A DNA stretch of 64,000 nucleotides from Octopus sinensis (taxonomy: Eukaryota), in contig NC_043007.1 in assembly GCF_006345805.1 (NCBI RefSeq), positions 21,142,001 through 21,206,000 of the forward strand, in the 5' to 3' direction. This document shows positions 1 through 10,157 of this stretch, piece after piece (the stretch's first letter is position 1; every line of letters begins with the position of its first letter). The notes under the pieces were generated by a model, which saw only the letters and a list, made by a program, of their open reading frames with translations, was not told the DNA's origin and did no database searches. Both the position numbers and the translations under genes were made by a program.

Positions 1-238
1 CTTTCTAGAACTGATGGCATGAAGGAATACACCTGATCTACATTGTAAGACATAGAAAGCAACAATTCTTGGCTGATTTTGTTTGTTGCTGTGTGGGTGA
101 GATGTACAATGACAATATATTGTAAGACCCAGTCAGCCCATGCCAGCACAGAAAAACAGAAGTAAATTTGTGTTAACGTTGTTAACATGAACAGTTTATC
201 TTGTGCAGTAATGTACTTTTTTTAAAAAATACTTTTAG

Positions 239-356
239 ATTATCAACAAGCATACCAGACAGAACCAACATCAACAACAATACCACCACTATTATAGAGT
301 ATAATTTTAGTATACCTCAACCATTAATGGAGAGAAAAGAGTCTCAGACATGTGTG
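239..356 (+). CDS. Putative internal exon of an unidentified plus-strand gene
   Basis: tttttttaaaaaatacttttag|A TTA...TGT GTG|gtaagt; open frame LSTSIPDRTNINNNTTTIIEYNFSIPQPLMERKESQTCV; no homology recognised. Confidence 0.45.
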
Positions 357-400
357 GTAAGTAAAATCATCATCATTGTTTAATGTCCTCCCTCCATGCT

Positions 401-602
401 GTTGTTGTTAAGCAACAAGATGGGTAAGGGTGATTAGGTAGTGGTCTAGGGCTTAGGGGCGGGAGACCCTAGACCTTGAAAAAAAAAAAAACTTTGGTCA
501 TCTTGTTGGAGCCGAGGGCTCGTCGTTGATGTCCGACATCACTGGGAGGTGGCCCTTGAATTCGCTGGAAATGGAGATCTCCGGGTCCAATTTCTTGAAC
601 AG
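401..602 (-). mobile_element. 5'-truncated non-LTR retroelement 3' end inserted in a SINE
   Basis: 13-bp TSD ctccctccatgct at 388-400 and 603-615; minus strand ends in (AAC)3; GC3-rich ORF end LFKKLDPEISISSEFKGHLPVMSDINDEPSAPTR*. Confidence 0.7.
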
Positions 603-1262
603 CTCCCTCCATGCTCACATGGGTTGGACGGTTTGACAAGAGCCTGTGCCATGCTTCTGTGTCTCGTTTTGGCATGGTTTTTACCTCTGGATGCCCCCAG
701 GAACAAATCAGTCTTTTATCTGAGTTTTTTGTTTGGATTGAAATGATTTTTTTTTTTTTGTTTTTGTTTTAAAGATAATATTTAAAATTTAACACTTATT
801 GATAAGAAAATATAGGAAATCAATGAAGTTAAATTATTGATATATTTGTAACGAGTAAAACGCTCCCACCCCCATCCCGTCCAATGGACGGTGCTGAGTT
901 GTCGAACATTCAAACCAAAATTTTCTCAAAACAACTTGTCTGACCGTCCCATTGGCCTCCCCCTTTTAGAAACACTGATTTAACCTAAATTTGAGACACC
1001 AGCCAAAGGAGAAATAACAGTTTGGATGTTGGGGAGGAGGGTTAAACACACACACAAACATACACACACACACACACATACATATATATACATATATACG
1101 ACGGGCTTCTTTCAGTTTCCATCTACCAAATCCACTCACAAGGCTTTCGTCGGCCCGAGGCTATAGTAGAAGACACTTGCCCAAGGTGCCATGCAGTGGG
1201 ACTGAACTCAGAACCATGTGGTTGGTAAGCAAGCTACCTACCACACAGCCACTCCTACGCCT

Positions 1263-1263
1263 A

Positions 1264-1335
<72 letters not shown>

Positions 1336-1365
1336 CATACATACATACATACACATACATATATA
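1263..1365. repeat. (TA)n/(TACA)n microsatellite, representative
   Basis: Similar tracts at about 13385-13450, 26498-26538, 39712-39770, 40920-41068, 58270-58428, 58657-58808. Confidence 0.95.
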
Positions 1366-1719
1366 TGACGGGCTTCTTTCAGTTTCCCTCTACCAAATCT
1401 ACTCACAAGCTACTTACCACACAGCCACACTCCTACTTGTTAATTTTTGTAAAGCTCAGTACTTATTCTATCAGTCTCGTTTGCCAAACCACTAAGTGAT
1501 TGGTCATCAAGTGGTTGTAGAGGACAAACATGTACACAAACACACGCACACATAATGGGACTGAACCTTCAGAATAACCAGAAGAACATCACAAGTCAAC
1601 ATCATAAGAATTTACAAACTTCAAAAAGACATGAAATGATTCCTCTTTGCAATGCAGGTTTCTGGGGGAAGTCTTTGCCTTTTTGCATCCTAAGAGTTTT
1701 TTTTAACTCAATATTTACA

Positions 1720-2830
1720 CAGGAACCCCTATCTTGCCCAGGATATTAATCGTCTGGAAGCCGTTCAGCAACGTGCAACCAAGAGAATACCCTCCATTAG
1801 CCATTTGCCATATTCTGAACGCCTTACTTCCCTGGGCATGGATACATTGAAATTCCGACATCTGGCAGCTGACTTGGCAGACACCCATAAAATTATTAAT
1901 CATCTTACAAACAATAACTCTGAGCACCTCTTCAAACTCCACCTGTCTAACACCCATGGACATGTTTACAAAGTCAGAAAACAGCACAGCTTGCATGACT
2001 TTCGGAAACATTTTTTCACGCTGAGAGTTGCTGAAGCATGGAACAAACTGCCAGCATCAGTTGTTAATTGTCGGAGCACAGCATCCTTCAAAACTTCTAT
2101 GCTTTCTGAGATTCGCTAACACTACACCTGATTTTCTCCCCTCCATACACACGCAAGCATGTATCTGACTCATACACTGTTCGCTTCCCAGACATTTGTA
2201 CATTACTGCATATGCTTTATATGCACTTTTGACAAGCTGTGGTGCACCTGAGCACTGTATACAATAGTTCCATTATTATTATCATTATTATACATACATA
2301 CATACATCCTTCAAAAGTCGGAGCACTGCATCCTTCAAAAGTAGGAGCACTGCATCCTTCAAAACTTCCATACTTTCTGAGATTCGCCAACACTACACCT
2401 GATTTTCTCCCCTCCATACACACGCAAGCATGTATCTGACTCATACACTGTTCACTTCCCAGACATTTGTACATTACTGCATATGCTTTATATGCACTTT
2501 TGACAAGCTGTGGTGCACCTGAGCACTGTATACAATAGTTCCATTATTATTATCATTATTATACATACATACATACATCCTTCAAAAGTCGGAGCACTGC
2601 ATCCTTCAAAAGTAGGAGCACTGCATCCTTCAAAACTTCCATACTTTCTGAGATTCGCCAACACTACACCTGATTTTCTCCCCTCCATACACACGCAAGC
2701 ATGTATCTGACTCATACACTGTTCACTTCCAAGGCATTTGTACATTACTGCATATGCTTTATATGCACTTTTGACAAGCTGTGGTGCACCTGAGCACTGT
2801 GTACAATAATTTCATTATTATTATTTATAA
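1720..2830 (+). mobile_element. CR1-type LINE 3' end with triplicated terminus
   Basis: NPYLAQDINRLEAVQQRATKRIP...[15 protein letters not shown]...[17 protein letters not shown] matches the CR1-group ORF2 C-terminus; (ATT)n tail; 3' end repeated with 271-bp period. Confidence 0.88.
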
Positions 2831-2912
2831 TTTTATCTGCTTCAAAATCCAACGTTCAAGAAACCATGCATATTTTTTATTATTTATATTGTTTTGGTTT
2901 TGCTTTTTCCAG

Positions 2913-3005
2913 CCACCAAAACAAATTGAAGAAGAAATTGCTGAAGTTTTATTAAATCTCTCCACCAACTTGTTGGAAAATTCAAATTTCAATGTCAAAA
3001 TTTAA
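2913..3005 (+). CDS. Putative terminal coding exon of the same plus-strand gene
   Basis: ttttgctttttccag|CCA...TAA; PPKQIEEEIAEVLLNLSTNLLENSNFNVKI*; phase 0, compatible with the donor at 356. Confidence 0.45.
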   Translation, partial: PPKQIEEEIAEVLLNLSTNLLENSNFNVKI

Positions 3006-3273
3006 ATTTCATAATTTGTTTGCTTTTAAGTTTTCAAGCTTGTTTATTGATATATGAATTTAATTGTAATAATTTAATTAAAAAAATAATGATTTTAGTA
3101 TTTGTGGAGATGTACTTGCATAGCAAGTGACCTGATCTGAGATCGTGTGCTGGAACGAAAACAATTGCAGCGTGGAAGGTGTTTAAGCCATTTAAGAAAC
3201 ACACAAAAAACCGTTAGATTCACTTCAACATTTAAATTTAATTTGTCAAAATATTTTCGATGCAGCACGAAGT

Positions 3274-3324
3274 TTTGTCAGTGAACAGGTCGCAGTCTCA
3301 AAGCGACGAAAATATTTTGACAAA
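3274..3324 (+). ncRNA. Minimal type I hammerhead ribozyme fold, G3-C8 core variant
   Basis: TTTGTCA GTGAACA G GTCGC AGTCTCAAA GCGAC GAAA A TA TTT TGACAAA: helix I 7 bp, helix II 5 bp, palindromic AAUAUU helix III. Confidence 0.65.
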
Positions 3325-6217
3325 TTAAACTTAAATGTTGAAGTGAATCGAACGGTTTTTGTGTGTTTCTTAAATGGCTTACAAACACATTCCACGCTGC
3401 AATGATTTTAGTATGCTTATTGAAATATGGTTTAAACTTTGATTGTCTAGTTATAAATTTGGATTTCAAGTTTTAATTACAAATATTAACTATTTTGTAA
3501 TTTTCTGAAGTGGCATGTTGGCAGAATTGTTACCACATCAGACAAAAATGCTAAATGGCATTTTTTCCTACTTAATTATATTCTCAGTTTGAATGTCACT
3601 GAGATATACTTTGCCTTTTATCCTTTGGAGAATGATAAAATAAGCACCAGTTAAGCACTGGCGTCAATATAATCAACTTATCCATCCCTCAAAATTGCTG
3701 GCATTGTGCCAAAATTACAAAGAAATTATTTTGTAATTTTCTCTTTTTTATTTTTTCTGAATGTTGTAATTTATTTTTTGGAGCAAGTCAGATATATTTA
3801 ATTGCTTTGAGAACTAATTAGAGTTGATTTAAATGAACAACAACAATATATTGTTGATTCAATCAGTTACACTTTTTTCCCATTTTAATTGGGTTTTATA
3901 TTCTATAAAAATTATTTGTTTTGATTAAATGAAGAAGGGTGAAGTAAATGCATTTGTCCATTTACTTTTCTTTCCATATCTGCTTGTGTATAAGATGTGA
4001 CTGTATTATGAATAAGATACAGACGAGTGTATAAGTGTATGATGAAACTTATTGAAGTTGTAGGTGTTTGTTTTATGTGAGAGTGTATCTTACACACTGG
4101 CAAATGTGGTATGTCGGATTTTTTTTTTTTTCCGAAAAACTGTCAGATATCTTTTAACTTTTTCTTTTATTTTCCTATAAATTTTAATATCTAACCAACA
4201 CTTCTCCCGAATTATAAACTTTAAAAGTTGGTATAAAACATAGTTTTGAATTTTCTACATGAATAATTTTATATTCTTGAATTTATTTTTTTTACAAAAA
4301 TATTTTGACAATATTTCACTACTAAATCCCGAAAAATTTCTAAATCCCGAAGAAAATTATATCTAAAAATTATTGTTTGAAAGTTAATATTTAAATTGGA
4401 ATACAACTTTAACTTCAAAATTTCAAAAACAACTGCTTTATGTGTAGTTTGACTTTTTAATTCTATTTTTGATTATCCTGTGTGTTTTAATTATTTAAAT
4501 TTCTCCATATTATTTTCGAATACTTTTTCCATTTTCGTTTTTCCATCCCTGTAAATTTATGAATCAGCAGATTATAAAGCAAGCTCTTTGGTTGCTATAT
4601 TGCTGTTTAATAAAACTTAGCGTTTAGCCAAACGCCAACTGATTGAAAAAAATATTTGATTGACATTTCTTGCAATGATGATGCTCTCTATTGTAGACCA
4701 AGCTATTTTTGTAACTTAAAACTTTAAAGACAAATAATAAGATTTTTAGTGTGAACTTTGGCAGCATCACTTTGCAAGTCTGGAAAATATATACGGTTCA
4801 GTGTACTTGTTCTTTTAGGGTTGCCTCCCCTTGCCCTCCTTCCCACAAATTGAAAATCAAGCTTTGTTCTTCTCATTACTAGTACAATATTAACTGATTT
4901 AAATGCCTTGGCTCACTATATTGTAACAATATTTCGTCTGCCATTACGTTCTGAGTTCAAATTCTGCCGAGGTCGACTTTGCCTTTCATCCTTTCGGGAT
5001 CGATAAATTAAGTACCTTAATTGACTGGGGTCAATATAAGGTACTTAATCGACTTAACCCGTTTGTCTGTCCTTGTTTGTCCTCTCTGTGTTTAGCCCCT
5101 TGTGGGCAGTAAAGAAATATATACTGTTTGTAACAAATTGTTTTCCATGCAAAGACATCCCTGGATAAATCCCAACCCCCTCCTCAGTCATTCAGTTTGC
5201 TTTTTCACAGCTTACGAGTATTTATTCACTCAAACTTTATTTATCTCTTTGTCTCATCTGAAGTCTTGCAGCACTGCTGAAATTTATAGTGTGCTGATGA
5301 GGTTTAATAAGACTGGAACATGTCCAGAGTTGTCACTCTGTTGCCAAAGATCATATTCTCTCACTCTTGCATGTTCACATTCTATTTTCAATTAAAACTT
5401 TTGGGTTGTCTCCCTTGCATATGTTGACCAGAATTGTAATCACTCAGCTATTTCCTCTGGCACACACTACAGTCGTACTTTTGATTAAAATTTCTTGGTA
5501 CATTATATTAAGTACATTCCCGATCACTTAACTATGCGTCTACTGTGTATAATCAGCAAAAAAATTACCCATACATACTAAAATGATTGGTAATAGGGAA
5601 GGCATCCAGCCCTTGAAACCATGGTATGGCTAGCACTGGAGCTCAGCATAGTTCTGCTGCTCATGGGATCTTGTCAAGCTTAAAACAGACCCATTAATGC
5701 TTCCAAACAGTTTTTCAGTGCTTGGAATAAACAATATTGGTGCCTAAAAGTAGTGCCATGGTGACAGAATCTACAAACTAATGGCAGCAGAGATGAAATA
5801 AGCTGGATCATGAGAGTCGGAAGACAACGAAATGTCAGACTTAAGAGGTTCAGCCTGTCCAAACAAGTCAATACATTTTTAATGGTTTATATTAAAATTA
5901 TGATATATCTTGGAAATTCCTGAATAAAGGAGTAATTTTACTTTATTAACCCTTTTGATACCAACTTGTCTGAAACTGCCTCTGGCTCTGTAGTACAAAT
6001 GTCTTGTTTCCATAAGTTTTAAATTAAAATCTTTCACCAATTGTCACAATTTATGTCCCTAACACTAGCTGAATGATAACTAAGTTATTTTACTAAATTC
6101 TTTGTTATATTTAAAGTAATTGAAAGAAACACAGAGCATCTCAAAATAAATACGGTAACAGAAGGCTTAATGTGCAAAAGAAAAACATAGATGAAAATTT
6201 ATCAAGTTTATAACCAT

Positions 6218-6824
6218 TTAAGAAAAATGGCACAAAATTTTTTCCAACATGTATTTTTTAGTTAAATTTTATATTTTTTAGTGCCTTTTTTTTCTGTTTT
6301 TTTTTTTTACTCAAAATTCAGGATTGGTAGAATGGGCAAAATATCTTATAGTATTCTGTTATATTCCTTTTTGGTCTGAGTTCAAATCCTGCTGTGGTTC
6401 ACTTTGTCATTTATCCTTTTGCATAAAATAAACACAAGTCAAATACAGAAGTCCAGTAGTCTTCAAAATGACAAATACCAGTACCGACTCCACCCCACTC
6501 ATACACACTACTGAAAATTTCTTCCCCTTCCCTCTTAACAAGATGATAAAATAGAATTTTCATCCAAATACTCCTTCTTTGTCATGGATTTGAACAAATT
6601 TGAAATGTTTCGGCCATCTTGGTTTTATTAAACAGAGCAATTTGCCATCCACTCTCCATCACCATTTTTTGGTCCTCACTGTTAAGAAAAATGGCACAAA
6701 ATTTTTTCCAACATGTATTTTTTAGTTAAATTTTATATTTTTTAGTGCCTTTTTTTTCTGTTTTTTTTTTTTACTCAAAATTCAGGATTGGTAGAATGGG
6801 CAAAATATCTTATAGTATTCTGTT
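6218..6824. repeat. Direct repeat pair of about 143 bp
   Basis: 6218-6360 nearly identical to 6682-6824. Confidence 0.9.
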
Positions 6825-7589
6825 TGTTTTTTTTTCGTTTTTTTGTCAATTTTAGAAATCATTTTCATTGTGTTTTTTATGAATTATCAAAAAGACAAGA
6901 AAAAAAAAATTACATTAAAATCTTTAAAAATCATAAAAGAAATCACTTATATTCTGACAATAAATAGGATTTGGAATCTCCTAAATTCCAAAATGATATT
7001 AGTATTAACCTAAAAATTCTATTAAGTCTTATTTTTACTCCATCTCCCAATGAATAATACGGGGAGGGCAGAAGTAGGTATACAGTTGCTTAATATGAGT
7101 GGAATGTTCTCTTCGTTTCTCTATTTCTGTTTTACCGAAGCAATTCATAAGTCAATTAAGAGATCTGCAGGAGATGTCTAGTTCATTGGAAGCCTCCCCC
7201 CACTTTTTTTCTGGGGACTTTGAATGAATGCTTGAGCCAAAAGAACATTCCACTCATATTAACCTACTGTATTTCTATTTTTGCCCAGCCCTGTATATAC
7301 TTTCAGTTTCATTTTGTCTCTATTGAAAATGTCAGAATAAAACATGAGATTTATTTTTATAATTCTTAAAACTCATTCAAGAATTTTCTTCAGCTACTTT
7401 GCTAAAATTAGGTTTATAGTTTTTAGCAAAAGATATTTCTTGAAAAATTCCTAAATTTTTCTCAAACAGAAAAATCAAACTAAGTTTTCTTTTGATTTTA
7501 ATAACACTTTTTTTCCATTTTCTCTTTTTGTTTTAAGACTTTATTTTCTCTCTTAAATGGTTTTGTTGATGTTGATTAGATTTTTGTAT

Positions 7590-8100
7590 TTGGTTTGTGG
7601 TTTGCAATGTTCTTGATGTAAACTCATTGAAACAGATTTTATTGCATTTGAGAGGGTCATCGTGCCAATAATGAACATGCACTGGTACTGGTTCTATTTC
7701 ACTTCTTTTATTATTGGTCAATTAGTTAACCATTTAACCAATTACCGAATCAGTTGTTTGATTAATCATTTGGTTAATCAGTCGATCAGTTATGTTTGTC
7801 AAGTCGTTTTGTTTCCATTCATGACCTCTTCATCGACATGCCCGCTCTGCTCCAGGTCAGCTTCAGGTCTGTCTGTCTCTTCAGGTCAACTGACCTGGTG
7901 TTGAGAGAGCATATCAATAATGAGTTTGTAAATGGCAACATAAGGACTTTGACAAATATAACTGATTGATTGATTAACCGAAAGATTAATCAATCAATTA
8001 GTAACTGATTAAATATTTAACCAACTGATGACCAATAAAGAAGTGAAATAGAACCAGTGTGTGTGTTATTGGCATCATGACCCTTCCAAAATAAATAGTG
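7590..8100. mobile_element. Head-to-head inverted repeat element of the same superfamily
   Basis: Imperfect arms about 7640-7810 and 7930-8090; hammerhead remnant TCA ATAATGA G TTTGT AAATG GCAAC ATAA GGA CTT TGA at 7914-7952. Confidence 0.6.
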
Positions 8101-8709
8101 TTTGTGTTTAAAGATGTTAATTGTTTTGTTTTCAAATTATTCTTTATTTGAAAATCTCATTTTACTTGTTGACATTGTTTTCATTACATAATTGGAGCTT
8201 TTATCTTTCAACTTTGAATTTGTTTTCAGCTTGTCAGTTTTAAATTTCATTATTAGTTTGCAGTAAGGCAGCATGCTGGGCAAAATGCTTAGCAGCATTT
8301 TCGTCCGTCTTCACATTCTGAGTTCAAATTCCACCAAAGTCGACTTTGCCTTTCATCCTTTCAGGATCATTAAATAAAGTACTAATGAAACACTGGGGGG
8401 GGGATGTAATCAACTAGTACCCTCCCCCCGAATTTCAGACCTTGTGCCTTTAGTAGAAAGGGTTATTAGTTTGCAGTTAAACCAGTGAATTGGCAGGATT
8501 GTTGGCACATCGGACAAAATGCTTACTGACATGTTTTCTGGTTTTTACATACTGAGTTTAATTCCTACTGGGGTCGACATCGTATTTCAAACTTTTGGGG
8601 TCGATGAAATAACTACCGATTTAGCATTGGAACCAATGTAATCAGCTAGCCCTCTCCTCTTAAATTTATATCCTTGTGTCTTATAGTAGAAAGAATCAGT
8701 AGTTCAAGC

Positions 8710-8931
8710 TAGCAGAATTGTTAGCACACCGGGCGAAATGCTTAGCGGTATTTCGTCTGCCGTTATGTTCTGAGTTCAAATTCTGCCGAGGTCGACTTTG
8801 CCTTTCATCCTTTCAGGGTCGATTAAATAAGTACCAGTTACACACTGGGGTCGATATAATCGACTTAATCCATTTGTCTGTCCTTGTTTGTCCTCTCTGT
8901 GTTTAGCCCCTTGTGGGCAATAAAGAAATAA
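8710..8931 (+). mobile_element. tRNA-derived SINE family B, representative copy
   Basis: B-box-like gagttcaaattc; central gcctttcatcctttc.gggtcgat.aa.taagtaccag resembles the recalled MetaSINE-type domain; copies near 4935-5117, 8265-8690, 8935-9125, 11375-11530, 17375-17766, 38527-38908, 41710-41930(-), 32690-32900(-). Confidence 0.85.
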
Positions 8932-10011
8932 GTATCATAAACATACCCGACAAAATGCTCAGCCACATTTGGTCTGCCTTTACATTCTGAGTTCAAATTC
9001 TGCTGAAGTCGAATTTGCTATTCATCCTTTCTGGGTCGATAATATGAGCACCAGTTGAACACTGGGGTTGATGAACTCGACTATCACTGTCCCCTAAATT
9101 TCAAGCCTTGTGCCTTTAGTAGACAAGATGTTTGTTTAAATGTTTAAAGCTCACAGTCTAAATGAACTTTTTCAACATATGTTTATTTTTTTATTAATAA
9201 AGTTTTAAATATTAATTATTTGTTTTATGATTATTTTTAAGAATAAAGTTTTAAATATTATGATTGCTTTGTGTTTTTAATCAACACCTACTTTTTATAT
9301 ACTTTGTTTTAAATCAATTTTACCGCCATAGCTCAGTGGTTAGAGTGTCAGGTTCACAATCATGAGGTAGTGAGTTCAATTCCTGGACCAGGTCGTGTAT
9401 TGTGTTCTTGAGCAAGACACTTTATTTCAGCTGTAGAAATAAATGAGCTGAGACATTACTGGTGCCAAGCTGTATCGGCCCTTTGCCTTTCCCTTGGATA
9501 ACATCGGTGGTGTGGAGAAAGGAAGTTGCTATCCATGGGTGACTGCTGGTCTTCCACAAAAAATAACCTTGCTCAGACTTGTGCCTTTCTAGGTGTAGTC
9601 CCACGATCATTCATGACCAAAGAGGGTCTTTACCCTTTTATCAAATTAAGGTACTCTGATTTAGTCTTGGAATAATGCCATACATGTCAGTCATGGTTCA
9701 TCTTAAAAACCGCACTGATAGAATAAGTACTAGGCTTACAAAGAATAAGTCCTGGGGTCGATTTGCTCGACTAAAGGCGGTGCTTCAGCATGGCCACAGC
9801 CAAATGACTGAAACAACTAAAAGAGTGGCTACATGATAACAGTAAACAACAACAACAACATTGAAAAATACCTTAGGAATGAGAACCCAGTTTCGAAATT
9901 TCCCCAAGGGAATATCAGCCGAAATGTGTTAACAACAAACAAGATGAGGACAAATATCCGTCAAATGTAAATAATTCCTCATCTCTTAAATATAGAACAA
10001 TAATTATGTAT

Positions 10012-10157
10012 AGTATACTAGCCATCTCAATATGGCTAACCACAAAAGGTGGGTGTTACTGTAGCTTTTAGCCCCAGGAGATCATCGTCTCCTGGGGCTA
10101 AAAGCTACAGTAACACCCACCCTTTGTGGTTAGCCATATTGAGATGGCTAGTATACT
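10012..10157. repeat. Near-perfect palindrome, 70-bp arms with 6-nt loop
   Basis: 10012-10081 versus 10088-10157, one mismatch. Confidence 0.95.

Noticed and set aside
401-602. Weak resemblance of LFKKLDPEISISS to histone H2B
   Set aside because: Similarity stops after a few residues; the TSD and (AAC)n tail point to a retroelement end.
1161-1499. ORFs rich in YI/TH/CV dipeptide repeats here and at 13256, 26387, 40787, 58152, 58611
   Set aside because: Translations of (TA)n/(CA)n microsatellites and SINE bodies.
5680-5871. Possible minus-strand terminal exon (AEPLKSDISLSSDSHDPAYFISAAISL*)
   Set aside because: Weak pyrimidine tract, no recognised homology, and no supported upstream partner.
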